Translations under genes and position numbers: made by a program
Notes under the pieces: generated by a model
Databases searched by the model: none
Seen by the model: the letters and a program-made list of their open reading frames with translations, nothing else
What the model was told of the DNA's origin: nothing
Shown here: in pieces, positions 1-12,750 of the stretch
Position numbering within the stretch: the stretch's first letter is position 1
How the letters are laid out: the number at the start of each line of letters is the position of its first letter
NCBI GenBank assembly: GCA_964016885.1
Contig: OZ024744.1
Coordinates: forward strand, 42,842,001 to 42,906,000
Length of the DNA stretch: 64,000 bases
Source: Eledone cirrhosa
Lineage: Eukaryota
Direction: 5' to 3'

Positions 1-84
1 TCCTTTCTCCTTACTCTTAATTCTTCGGTGAATTGGTCTTTTGATATTTATGGTCTCTCTCTCTATATAAATAGATAGAATTGA

Positions 85-426
85 CTATATTTATATATAT
101 ATATATGCACTCATACACATTATTTTCTCTCTCCATCACACACACATATATATATATACTATACTATATATATATATATATAGTATATATATATATATAA
201 TATTTATATATAATATATATATATATGTATGTGTGTGTGATATGAGTATATGTGTGTATGCGTGTGATATGTGTATATGTGTGTGTGATGTGTGTATATA
301 TGTGTGTGTGTGATATGTGTATGTATATATATATATATATGCACTCATACACTCATTATTTTCTCTCTCTCGCTCACACACATATATATACTATACTATA
401 TATATAGTATGTATATATATAGTATT

Positions 427-479
<53 letters not shown>

Positions 480-670
480 ATGTGTATATGTGTGTGTGTG
501 TGTGATATGTGTATGTGTGTGTGATGATGTGTGTGTGATATGAGTATATATATGTATGTGTGATATGTGTATATATATGTGTGTGTGATATGTGTACGTA
601 TATATGTGTGTGTGTGATATGTGTATGTATATATATATGTATATATGGGAGTGTATATATATATCGAGAG
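85..670. repeat. Compound (TA)n/(TG)n microsatellite with internal duplications
   Basis: Visible dinucleotide runs and repeated GTGTGTGATAT motifs; gcactcatacac...attttctctctc occurs at ~107 and ~341. Confidence 0.95.
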
Positions 671-694
671 AGATATCTGAAATGTAATGTAAAA

Positions 695-970
695 GGAGTA
701 AATGGATCTCCGTCGGTTTCGATGATGTGTTCTAATTGTTCGATAAACGGAGCAAACGTGTGTCTGATTATTCCAAAGGCAAGTGTACTTTTAACGTAAT
801 ATTCTGAGAGAATATGCATGGCAGCGTGTTGTAAGACTGGACCTTAGAATTACAAGCACCGTCCAATAGACAGGCTTCCGTTATTTCCTACATCCACTTT
901 TTACGTCGAACCGATTTCAAACACAAACTTGTGTCGACCCAAAGCTATGGCAAAAGACACTTCCCCAGTA
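695..970 (-). mobile_element. tRNA-derived SINE, degraded (same family as 63460-63800)
   Basis: Body and aagacactt/gtcgacccaaagctat segment are the reverse complement of the SINE at 63460-63800. Confidence 0.6.
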
Positions 971-1003
971 TACATACACACTTACCCACACACATACACA
1001 GTT

Positions 1004-1400
1004 ATCATCATCATCGCTTAACGTCCATTCTCATTGCTTACATGGGTTGGATAATATATATATCACCATCATCATCACAGTTTAGCATTTACTAAGATAG
1101 CATGAGTTAGACGAGTCGTCCCCTTGTGAGATAAGTAAGATCAGATGACTGTCATGCTCATACAGGGTTTCTACGGCCGAATGCCCTTCCTGACGCCAAC
1201 TACATTTACAAATGTGGACAGGGTGCTTTTTATTGTAGCGCCAAAACAACTAAATGGCAGGTTGGACTGTGTACTTTATCATCGTATCACCAGCGCGACC
1301 ATACTACAGGGTGGACCAAGTGCTTTTTGTCGGGTCACCAACACGAACTCAATCGAGTGGGCTGGATGCTTTTTGTGTTGTGTTATCTACACGACCTCCT
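1004..1400 (-). mobile_element. RTE LINE 3' UTR fragment
   Basis: (CAT)n tail, atgcccttcctgacgccaac motif and ~45-bp repeats shared with other RTE 3' ends in the window. Confidence 0.8.
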
Positions 1401-1513
1401 TACAGGCAAGGCTGCCATAACTTGCTCTGTATGCAAATGAGGCTAATCAGCCGATGTACACTTAAGAAAATACTATATATTTTCAACTGTTCAACAGATT
1501 GGCATTGAATTAA

Positions 1514-1556
1514 ACAGTCCTGGTGAAGGGTAATGGCCCAGAAACATGTTGATTGT
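1514..1556 (+). ncRNA. Degenerate minimal type I hammerhead ribozyme motif (Penelope-like remnant)
   Basis: acagtc-CTGGTGA-a gggt aatg gccc a-GAAA-CATG-TT-gattgt: stems I and II pair, stem III is palindromic; the core has A>G relative to CUGAUGA. Confidence 0.5.
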
Positions 1557-1764
1557 ATCTCTATGCCAGTGTTGAACAAATGGATGATGATTGGTCATCA
1601 AGACACAGCACAGTTTTGTCGAGCCGTTTGCTTGCAAACAAATCGAATATTATCATTAATGTTTGATATACCCCATACGTACATATTTAAGTATATATAT
1701 GTGTGTGTACGTATGCATACTTACATTTATATATATGTGTATATATGTATATTCATGTATACAC

Positions 1765-2761
1765 GGGATCTCAGGAAGCTTAATTAAGAATGTAGGCTTC
1801 ACATGTAGCAGCTGTGCTGGGACAGCAAGCAGCAAACAGCCACAGGAAACAAGTACCACCAATCTCTGGGAGGGCTCTGTAGAAACAGTAGACAGCTTCT
1901 GCTACCTAGGTGACCGAATTAGCAGCGGAGGTGGGTGTTCAGAAAGTACAATAACTAGGGTAAGAACGGGATGGAAGAAGTTCAGGGAACTACTGCCACT
2001 GCTAGCTGCAAAAGGCTCCTCCCTCAAAATGAAAGGCAGATTGTATGATGCGTGTATCCGAACAGCAATATTACATGGTAGTGAGACCTGGGCGCTGAAG
2101 GTGGAAGACTTACGTAGATTAGAAAGAAACGAAGCCTGCATGCTCCAATGGATGTGTAATAGTAATATACGCGAACGGCAAAGCATAAATGAATTGAGAG
2201 AGACTGAGCATAAGAGGAATCAAATGCTGTGTGCAGGAGAGGCGGTTGTGTTGGTATGGACATGTGATGCGTATGAAGGATGACAGCTGCATAAAAAGGT
2301 CAATGGAAACCGCGGAGTGGGGAGACCCGAGAAGACTGGGATGAGGTGATAAAAACCGACGTTACCCAATTACACCTCTCAAATGCGATGACACACGACC
2401 GTGAACTCTGGTGTCACGCAGTAATACAGAGTACCCGACCTCCCACGGGTACAAGCCGAAGCATATAGACAATATGCCCCACACCCTCCCACTGCAAAGT
2501 GGTAGTGGAGGTGCCACGGCAAAAAAGCACCCAGCCCACACTGTAAAGTGGACGTGTAGGCGCCACGGAAAAAAGCACCCAGCACTCACTGTAAATGAGG
2601 TTGGTGTTAGGAAGGGCATCCAGCTGTAGAAATCAAGCCAAAATCAGTTGCTGTATGAGCAAGACATGGTCAGCCGACTGGACGCTGCCCACAACAGGAC
2701 AACCCGTCTAACCCATGCTAGCGTGGAAGAACGGACGTAAAACGATGATGATGATGATGAT
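1765..2761 (+). mobile_element. 5'-truncated RTE LINE (RT C-terminus, 3' UTR, (GAT)n tail)
   Basis: VDSFCYLGD...GWKKFRELLPLL...LHGSETWAL motifs in ORF 1663-2283; ends in gatgatgatga. Confidence 0.9.
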
Positions 2762-2789
2762 ATATATGTGTATATTCAGGTAAGTTTCA

Positions 2790-3400
2790 AGCCCACCGCT
2801 ATCAACCCACAAACATAGGACCACCACAACAAAAGTAACCGACTGTACTGTGGTCACCCCGCCATATCAAACTAACTGCAGAACTTGAAGCAATCCAACA
2901 GAACTAAGAGGATTGCCTCAATAAAAGAGATGAGCAACTTGGAGAGGCAGAAGAAACTAAAGCTTCACTTTTTGGAGCAAAGGAGGGTGAGTTACGCAGT
3001 GGTATACATATGGAAGATCCTGGAAGGGTTAGCACCAAACTTCGGCATTAAGGCAGGACCAGCCCATGAATTGGACACAACTGTGTAGTGCCAAAGGACC
3101 CATCCACTGTATCAAGAATAAGGACCACACACTGCAATAGCCTGATGGTTCAAGGGACCCCAGATTTTAATAAGTCTGCAAAATAATCTGTGAGATTTAC
3201 ATGGTGTGCATGTAGATGTTTTCAAGAGACATCTCAACATGCTATACTGATCAAGATCCCAGATGAACTCGCAAATAAGAGCAGTAGCAACAAACTCCCA
3301 TTTGCATCAATGGCCAACCAGGGAAGGCTGGCTATAGAAAGTGTATCATCAATGGCGGTGCCCCAACTAGGCCTCAGCCTGTTGGCTGGAACACATAATA
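2790..3400 (+). mobile_element. CR1/Jockey-group LINE ORF2 C-terminal fragment
   Basis: LERQKKLKLHFLEQRRVSYAVVYIWKILEGLAPN resembles the Y.ERL..L.L.SLE.RR C-terminal motif of CR1-like RTs. Confidence 0.65.
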
Positions 3401-3526
3401 GAATAATATCCATATATATATATATATATATGGATTGTTATATCCCGTTACTGTAGGTTCACTAGAGTGAGCACTCAATGCGCAGTTTCCAGTAGGTGGA
3501 GAGGTGTAGAACTAAGCAGAGTGTAA

Positions 3527-3700
3527 TACTAATAATAATCGTTTCTACTTTTGGCACAAGGCCAGCAATTACCCAGTGCATTACTGGAACTTTATTTTAT
3601 CGACCTCGGTGGAATTTGAACTCAGAATGGAAAGGGCTGTAACTCTGTGTCAAAGCATGGCGCCCAACCCTCTATCGACACTGCCAATCCACCGCCCCTG
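3527..3700 (-). mobile_element. tRNA-derived SINE (family of 46634-46817 and 60467-60650)
   Basis: Reverse complement of ttggcagt...ctgagttcaaat...ggccttgtgccaaaa-tagaaacgattatt. Confidence 0.75.
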
Positions 3701-3766
3701 TAATACTAATAATAATAAACGTAATGAAGATCTAACACTTTGTCCTTTTTATTATTATTAATTATA

Positions 3767-3800
<34 letters not shown>

Positions 3801-3830
3801 GAGATAAATAGATAGATATATAGTGTGTGT

Positions 3831-3940
3831 CATCATCATCATCATCATTTAACATCCATTTTCCATGCTAGCATGGGTTAGACAGGTGGTCCCGTTTGAG
3901 GCAAGTTGGGTCAGAGAACTGTTTCTGGCTTGGTTTCTAT
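3831..3940 (-). mobile_element. RTE 3' tail cut by the Gypsy insertion
   Basis: (CAT)n then ttaacatccattttccatgctagcatggg...ggcttggtttcta; stops where the LTR begins. Confidence 0.75.
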
Positions 3941-6810
3941 TGTAGGGAAAAACCCTGAACACCCCTGCATAACTAAAAGTGGACTAGGCAAAATGTCTAT
4001 AAATAATAACTGAAGTGAACTGTCAGAAGACTGTATACGAAGTCTCATTATAGTGATCTCGTTTGTAGTTTGAAATTACGACTGGTGAATACTTTGGTTT
4101 CCTTCGTTTGTACAGATATACTAACAGGCGTATCACCCCATTATAACAGTGTCGACAAGTTATTGAAGTTTTACGTTGGACTGATTTTTTTTTTTTTTGT
4201 AAAAACAAAAAAAACCTTCTTAATATAGATTTACTAGCTCAAGTGGTACAGTTGCAACAACTACAACAACAACAACAACAACAGTTAATAGAATTAATAC
4301 TGAAGAAAACGAAAAATACATCAAGTTTGTGCCCCTGGACGCTGTGGTGAACCCAATAGAAGAATTCGCAGATGAGGACATTACCTTTGCTTACTTTAGA
4401 AGACATGAAGAAATTCTCCAAGAAGAATGCAGTGGCTGAGAAAACGAAAAAAAAAAACACAACTTTTGTTGAGAAAGTTGGCTCCAGTCAAACATGATAA
4501 ATACTGCAACTATAAACTATCAAAGAAACCAAGTGAGATCTGTTTTGAGGAAACAGTAAATATCATGTCAAAAGTTTTTAGCGAGAAAAGATCTTTATTT
4601 AAAGCTCATTGGCAGTGTATGAATCTGGTGAAAAAAGAAGACAAAGATTTTGTCATGTATGCTGTTATCGTTAACAAGGAACTAACTCTGGACATGTTTA
4701 AATGCTTAATTTTCGTGCAAGGGTTAACTGCAAAGAAAGATGTGGAAATTCATACCAGAATTCTGACAAAATTACAGCAGAAACAGAACCGAACATTACA
4801 GGAAATATCTGAGGAATGTGAAAGAATTATAAATCTGAGACACGATATGGAAATAATCGAAGCGAGAGACTGCTCTCATATACACTCTGTGCGACCTAAA
4901 GTAAAGAATGAAAAACAGAAAATGAATCCATGTTTTGGATGTGGAGGATTATTCTTCAGATAGGATTTTCCTTTCAAAGATTTAAAGTGCTTCAAGTGTG
5001 GGAGAAAAGGACATAAAAATATCACACTGCAAAACAAAACCAAGAAAAAGGTTCAACAGGAAAAATTCTGTAAACATATTATCGGCAGGAAAAAAAAATT
5101 AACAAAACTCAAAGGAAATTTCTGTATGTAAAAATTAACAACATATATGTTAAATTGCAGTTAGATACAGGTAGCGACATTACTATAACCAATGAAGACA
5201 CGTGGAAAGCAACTGGGAAAACTTCATTAAATAAAACCTCCAAGATTGCACGTGGCGTTTCGGGGAAGAAATTATTTTTAGAAGACGAAATAGTAAGTAA
5301 CTTTGCATTTCATGGCAAGACTGTAAAAGCTAAAGCTTATGTATTAAGAAATACAACAAATCTTTTCAGTATTGACTAGATGGAGCTGTTCGACTTATAG
5401 GATTTACCCAAAAATATATTTTTTAAAAATGTAATTGGGTTGTCCGCCAGATCAAATAAAGAGTTAGAAAATTTTAAAAAAGAATTTGAAAGGTGATTCC
5501 CCTATGTCTTTTCGGATGAGTTAGGTCGTTGTACTAAAACTATAACTAAATTTCAAGTGAAAGAATATGCGACACTAGTATTTAAACCCAAACATAATGT
5601 ATGGTTTGCAGCATTAGATCAAGTCAACAAAGAATTAGATAGACTGGAAAAAATGGGATTGATTGAAAAAATTGACCACACAGACTGGGTGGCTCCAACA
5701 GTATGTAAAAACAAAAAATAATAAAATTTGTGTGTGCACAGACTTTTTGACAGGACTAAATAAATGCTTAAGACCACACAGCTACCCATTGCCAAGTCCA
5801 GAGGAAATTTTTGTGAGACTAAATGGTGGAAAATTTTTCTCAAAATTTGGCCTTTCTAAAGCTTACCTACAAATACAGGTTGAAGACGAATGTACAAAGT
5901 TGTTGACAATAAATATGCATAAAGGTTTGTACAAATTTAACCGACTTTTTGGCATTATAGTTGCTCTGGCTATATTCCAACAAGTTATGGATAAGATGCT
6001 GGCAGATTGTGATTTTGCAATTGCCTACTTGGACGACATATTAATTAAAAGTGAATCTCATGATTAGCATGTCAGGCGCGTTTTTAAAAACATAAGAGAG
6101 TATGAGTTCAAACTCAGCGATGAGAAGTGCAAATTTTTCTTGCCTAGAATAAAGTACCTAGGACAAATCATCAATAAAAATGGTTGTCAACCAGATCCGT
6201 TGAGGACTAGTGCAATTAAAAATATGCCCCTACCAAAAACCGTTACTATGTTACAAGCATTTGGGGGTTTTGCGAACTATTATCAAATATATATTCCAAA
6301 TATGCAAAATGTAAGAGCTCCACTAAATAATTTGCTAAAAAAAGACGTAAAGTGCAATTGGACTGATAAGTCTCAGAAGGTATTTGAAGAAATAAAAAAA
6401 CATATTAACATCGGACTTATCATTAGCACATTATGATCCAAAAATAGAAATTCTATTGACTTCAGATGCTAGTGAGTATGGTCTTGGAGCTGTGATTCTG
6501 CACAATTACAATGATGGTATCATGAAAGCCGTAGCTCATGCTTTGTGTTCTCTAATTCCAGCAGAAAAGAATTACAGCCAAATCGAAAAAGAGGTGTTAG
6601 CAATAATTTTTGGTGTGAAAAAATTTCAGAAGCTTATTCACGGAAGGAGTTTTTGTTTACAGACTGGTGACTGTCCTTTGTTGTCAATTTACGGATCAAA
6701 GAAGGGAAGTCCCACACATACAGCAAATAGATTACAATGCTGGGACACTATTTTATTAGATTATGATTTTAAGATGGAGTATCTACCATCTAGAAATTAG
6801 GACATGCTGA
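3941..6810 (+). mobile_element. Ty3/Gypsy LTR retrotransposon, degenerate and 3'-truncated (5' LTR ~3941-4148, gag-PR-RT-RNase H; no integrase or 3' LTR)
   Basis: TGT...ACA LTR-like ends followed by a PBS-like gtgtcgacaag; gag knuckle remnant CFKCGRKGH (~4988); protease LDTGS (5158); RT AYLDDILI; RNase H SDASEYGLGAVI...YSQIEKEVLAIIFGV; many stops and frameshifts. Confidence 0.9.
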
Positions 6811-6814
6811 GTAT

Positions 6815-7360
6815 CAGCTACATATAAAATCTACGTTCTTAGATAGCTTACCTGTGATCCCACTACATCTTTTATGTACTCATAGTTTGCATTTGGGACA
6901 TAGAATGGAATTTCTACCTACTCCTTTCCTACACACTGAGCATGGCCATTTCCCAGAGGGCACCTGTGCCCTATTCTCCTTTCTACATAGAACTTTAGTC
7001 TTAGACAAGTTAACTTTAAGGCCTTTTGATTTTAGGCCATGCTTCCATGTTTGGAATTTTTTTCTCTAGTTCGGCCAAAGATTCAGCTATGAGAGTTAGA
7101 TCATCTGCGTATAGAAGTTCCCATGGGCAGCCGGTCTTAAACTCCTCTGTTATAGCCTGAAGGGTAATAATAAACAGGGAGGGGGAGGGAAGAGCTAAAG
7201 ACAGAGCCCTGATGAACACCAATTTTACACTAAATTCTTCACTATATTCATTGTTAATTCTAACCTTGCTGACTGTTTCTTTATACATGGCTTGTATAGC
7301 TCTCACAAGCCATTCATCTACACCTAGTTTTCTAAGGGCCCACCATATAATGGAGCAGGG
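6815..7360 (-). mobile_element. RTE RT fragment (inverted arm)
   Basis: IWWALRKLGVDEWLVRAIQAMYKE...CPWELLYADDL on the minus strand. Confidence 0.9.
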
Positions 7361-7361
7361 G

Positions 7362-8888
7362 ACTATACAAGCTATGTATAAAGAAACAGTCAGCAAGGTT
7401 AGAATTAACAACGAATATAGTGAAGAGTTTAGCGTAAAAGTTGGTGTTCATCAGGGCTCCGTCCTTAGCCCCCCCCCCCCCTACTATTTATTATTGCCCT
7501 TCAGGCTATAACAGTGGAGTTCAAGACCGGCTGCCCATGGGAACACCTATACGCAGATGATCTAACGCTCATAGCTGAATCAATGGCCGAACTAGAGAAG
7601 AAATTCCAAACATGGAAGCATGGCCTAGAATCAAAAGGCCTTAAAATTAACCTGTCTAAGACTAAAGTTCTAGTTTGTAGGAAGGAAAATAGGGCACCGG
7701 TCCCATCTGGGAAATGACCATGCTCAGTGTGTAGGAAAGGAGTAGGTAGAAACTCCATTTTATGTCCCAAATGCAAAGTATGGGTGCATAAAAGATGTAA
7801 TGGGATCACAGGTAAGCTAACTAAGAACATAGATTTTATATGTGGTCGGTGCTCTGGTGCATTAAGTAGCAGCAAGTGCCCAAGAATACTAGCTCATTCC
7901 ATTGCACAGATGGTTCTATAGAAATAGTGGACAGCTTCCGTTACCTGGGTGATAAAATCAGCAGTGGGGGAGGGTGCTCTGAAAGTACAGTAGCTAGAGT
8001 CAGAACTGGATGGAAAAAGTTCACAGAGCTTATACCACTATTAGCCGTTAAAGGCCCTAAAAATGAAAGGCAGGCTGTATGATGCCTGCATATGAACAGC
8101 AATGTTACATGGCAGTGAGACCTGGGCATTGTGTGCAGAGGATATACGCAGACTGGAGAGGAACGAAGCTTGCATGCTCCGCTGGATGTGTAATAGTAAT
8201 ATACGTGAACGGCAAAGCATAAACGAACTAAGGGAAAAATTAGAAATAAGAGGGATCAGATGTTGTTTACTCGAGAGAAGACTACGTTGGTATGGTCACG
8301 TGATGCGCATGAAAGACGACAGCTGTATAAAAAAGTGCAGGGCAATAAAAATAGACGGTAGCCACGGAGTAGGCAGACCCAGAAAAACCTGGGACGACTT
8401 GATAAATTCCGACCTCACACACTTACACCTCTCCAAGACAATGTCACTCGACCGAGATCTTTGGCGCTACACAGTAATAGAGAAGACCCGCCTTACCTAA
8501 GTACAAAGTGAAACCTACTACAGTCAGTAAGCACCTCTAACAAAATACACCCCCGTCCCACTACCCCCACCCCATCCACACCACCCCTTTCAATGTAAAG
8601 TTATGTTGGTACCACAACATCCAGGTCGAAAAAAAAATGAGGTCGTGTAGGTGTCACGACAAAAAACACAGTCCACGCTATAATGTGGCCATGTAGGTAA
8701 CACGGTAAAAACCTCCCAGTTCCACACTGTAAATGTGGTTGGTGTTAGGAAGGGCATCCAGCCGTAGAAAACCCGCCAGAGAGTCCTATGCGAGCAAGAC
8801 AACCACTGTTGCCTCAAGTGGGAAAACTCCCGTCCAAACCCATGCAAGCTTGGAATATGGACGTTAAACGATGATGATGATGATGATG
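7362..8888 (+). mobile_element. 5'-truncated RTE LINE with PHD-like finger and (GAT)n tail
   Basis: GVHQGSVLSP, YADD, CSVCRKGVGRNSILCPKCKVWVHKRC...ICGRC, RLRWYGHVMR, GRPRKTW, 3' UTR and tail. Confidence 0.92.
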
Positions 8889-10860
8889 AGAGAGAGACTG
8901 TCTCCTTGAAATATACCCCTGTGATATCCTATTTTATCAGTGAAAATAGAGTCCTCCTCTGTTTTTAACTTTAGGATAGTAGCCCAAGAAGAAGACAGCT
9001 TCTCTATGGCTCTGATAATAATGTCTGGGACTTTAGCAAGTTGGAGGGCCTTTATCATCCAAGAGTGGGGAACAGAATCGAAAGCTTTCCTGTAGTCCAG
9101 CCAGACTGTCTCCATATTCCTCCTAATTGTGTCACCTCTGACATCGCAGTTTTGTTGATTAGGAGTTGTTCAGCACATCCCCAAACCCTTTACTTTCCAG
9201 CTGCTTGTTCTTCTGTGATGATGTTATTATTTTCAGTGATCATTGAGAAATAGGTTCAGGTTGGCTGTATACATCTTATACATTAGGTTCTGGCATGCAA
9301 TGGGTCGGTAGTTTATTGCCAAGTGGGTGTCTTTGTTCTTGGGGACCAGTATTATTTGTGCTAATGTCAACCATACTGGTGTACATGTATCTCCCTTGAG
9401 AGCTTGCTGGTAGAGGTTGATAAAGTACATCTGATAAAATGTTAGTTTTTGTACCAGTAGCCAACAATCATGTCTCTTCCTGGTGTTTTCTTATCTTGGA
9501 ATTTTCCTATCACAGTCTCATGGGTATCCTCATTTATTCTGTAAGTTTTTGTTGTAGTTTTTGTTGTAGCAATAGCTCTTTTGGATTTATTTTAGCCACA
9601 CTGCATCTTGGTGGAAATTCTTTTCACCCCATATTTTTCTCCAGAAGGAATCTGTCTTTCTGGGATGAAGCCTGAATTACATTTATTAATTTGCCCTTCA
9701 TATCTCTATAGACTGATGTTTGGTTTCATCTGAATCTTTTATTAATTACTTTTCTTTCATCCACCCTCTTCAGGTATCGCCGTTTCTCACCGACAGCTCT
9801 CAATTCTTGTTTGAGGGTGATCAGCTTATATTGAAGAGTTCTAGTTGTACTGTTACCAAACATCGTTTCTATTTTATTTTTCACTCTTTGTTGGTGAGGA
9901 GTGAAGTTTTTTTTTGTTTTTGTTTGCAAGTAAGGAGCATACATACATATGCTATAGTTTTTTGTAGGTCAGCAATCGTTTTTTCTATTTTAGTTATATA
10001 CTAGCAAAATTGCCCGGCGTTGCTCGGGATTTGCTCTAGGGTTCTTATATATTTGATATATATTTATCCTTATCAAACCTCGTGAAATAAATATGTTTGT
10101 TAGTATTTTGTTATTGTGTATGCAAAAATATCTACACGAATATATAATTATATATATATATATATATATTAAAATAACAGATTAAAGTTTAAGCAAAGAA
10201 TCGCTGCTTTCACCCTTAACTGGATCTTCTGAAACGAAAAAAATCAATCTGTGAATGCAGAAGAATATTTCGAAAAACGTTACTATATATATACACACAC
10301 ACACTCTATATACATATATACACACACACAGCGTCATAATGTCGTAATGCAGACAGCCAGACATACAGACAGATATTATAAGAGTGCAACGTTATATCTA
10401 TGTATCTATCTAAAATGAAAGACTAAGAATTATAGAGATAGATCGCTAAATCGCCTAATGCGGTCCCTAAGGCATTGAAAATTTGAAATTGTTTTGCTCA
10501 AAACACTCACAGGACCATAAGTATTACGTGTGTAAAGTTTGAAAACAATCGGTTGCGTGGTTCTCGAGTTTTAGTGAGTCAGAGAGACAGACAGACATTC
10601 TCTGTTTTAGATATATAGATGATGGTATTTTTGGTGGTGTTTTGTTCTTGTTAATATATCTGCTATCACCAAGATAATGCTTCACTGTCATTGCTAGGGT
10701 ATATAAACAGGCGTTGATTTGCCAAAATGTGGGGGTTTTAATTCGTCGTAAATATTCATCCCCTATTTCGTCAATAACATGTAAGATTTCATTATTTGGT
10801 TTTATTTTGTTTAATATTGTTGTTTTATTACGTTGAATAAGAGTAATGTTTATATATAAA
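8889..10860 (-). mobile_element. R4/Dong-like (restriction-like endonuclease) non-LTR retrotransposon, N-terminal to mid-RT part, interrupted by a Helitron-like insert
   Basis: NYRPIACQNLMYK, WLDYRKAFDSVPHSW, RGIFQGDSLS; the protein continues KIP(S)/ITKIEKTI across the 10000-10620 insertion. Confidence 0.8.
10000..10620. mobile_element. Non-autonomous Helitron/Helentron-like element
   Basis: Terminus ACTAG...CCCGGCGTTGCTCGGG hairpin; acagacagac microsatellite near the other end; internal blocks shared with 43471-44480. Confidence 0.7.
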
Positions 10861-10959
10861 TTACATCGTTTCTATTTTATTCTTCACTCTATGTTGGTGA
10901 GGAGTGAAGTTTTTTTGTATGTATGTATGTATGTGTGTATTATATATATTTCTCTTTCT

Positions 10960-12745
10960 CTTAACTTCGAGTACCTTTTTGACCGGCCATGTTCCTGATG
11001 GCGAGGGTGTAAAAGAAAGGAAATTGTCATCCCTTGAATCGCAAGAATGTTTTGTAAATTTTGAAGGTGCCAGCTATCACAGCCATTTGTAGTCTATGAA
11101 TTAGGGAGCTGCGCTCTTTGTCCACAAATCCTAGTTCAGTTATACTTTGGTCCAAGCAGGTTGGTATATAACCTGTAGTTCCAATAATGATGGGTATGAA
11201 GCTGAAGGTGTATCTTGGATATTGCATCTTCAAACTCCTTATCCATGGTCCCTAGATGTCCTCCTTCTCTTGTATTTTTCTTACAACATTGACATCAAGT
11301 GGGCAGCTGATCTCTACAACAGAACACGTTTTCAATGTGTGGTCCCAAACAACAATATCAGGCTGGTTGTGCTTTAATTTGGTGGCAGTTTTTATATTCA
11401 GGTTCCACCAGTATTCCTTAGTGCCATCTATCTCAACATATTCTTCATTTGTTTTTAATTTTTTTTTCCTCAGTGCGCTCCAGATGGTTCTCATAGGGAG
11501 GTAGTAGTGAGACAACATTCTTTCACAGTTGGCAACAATGTGACTAACATCTTCGATCTTTGTTTTACATAGCCTACATTTATTGTCACCTGATGGCCCT
11601 CCTCTTTTGTGTAGCAGATATTTGGTAGGGATTTCTTGTTCCTTGTATTGCATAAAGATATCCTTCAAGGTGGAGTGTCATAAACTTGTCGGAACTCCAT
11701 GCCAGGCTTTTTGAATGATTTATCCCCTCTATGGTCTGTGTTTTTCGTCTCAGGTACCCATGCACACCTTTCTCTATAAATTGGTCTATTTTTTTATCTT
11801 GTTCAAACATTGAATAGGATCTTCCAATTTCCCTGGGAGAGAGATTTATATCAGGCTTTATTCCATATCTCTCCTCCAGATCAGTAGCTATCTTAATGAT
11901 ATTATTGCCTTCATGCTCATATACATGGGCAATATGGTTGCTGACCTTTTTTTCTGCTGAAGATGTTGCTTTAGTGTTACTATTCAGGGCTCGTATGATG
12001 TTAATATGGAATTTAGACCCAGCCACCATCCTTGCGTGAGAAGTATAGCCTATCCACATCACCATTGATGTTAAAGTTACCAGTAACACTGAGTTCACTT
12101 AGTTCTTGCAATGACCTGAGGTATTCAGTTCTGGTTCTCTCTTTATTTATGAGTCCATCATATCTGACATTCTCATCCTGTCCAAGATATCTGTAGTTGT
12201 CATCTGACTGTAGGGGTTGTATTGTCTAGATTTCCAGAAGACGGCACAACCTTTCCACATTTTACTCTCAAATATGCACATTTGAACTCACCAAATTTCA
12301 TTCTGATGTCTGCAGAAAATTGTGTAATGAGGTCCAATTGTTTTTTGATATAGTTGATATTTGGCCCATACAACTTCAGGTCATCAACAAAGAAATGGTG
12401 GGAGATACTTCTGGACCCACTTCTATGACCACCTTGTTTTGTGAGCAGGTATGATAATGGGTTTGGTGAGAGGACAAAGAGCAGCACTGATAAGCTATCA
12501 CCCTGAAATATGCCTTTCTGGTAGTGTATTGTATCAGTCTCAATTTGTTCCTTCTCACCCCTAAGGATCAAATTGGTGTACCCGTTTTTTGTCGGGCGTT
12601 CAACAGCAGCTACTAGTGGTTGTGGGACTTTGGCTAACTGTAAAGCCTTAATAATCCACCCATGAGCTTCACTACCAAAAGTCTGTTGATAGTCTAGTCA
12701 CACCAAGTCATGTTCCTGCAATTCTTTGCTGTTTTTTCCTGTATC
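10960..12745 (-). mobile_element. R4/Dong-like retrotransposon, RT to RLE endonuclease and 3' end
   Basis: KGIFQGDSLS, HHFFVDDLKLY, CRLC...SHIVANC zinc finger, HNQPDIVV...VVEISCP (PD-(D/E)xK RLE), FIPIIIGTTG. Confidence 0.88.
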
Positions 12746-12750
12746 ATTTT

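Noticed and set aside
136-819. Tyr/Ile/His-rich ORFs
   Set aside because: Dinucleotide repeats.
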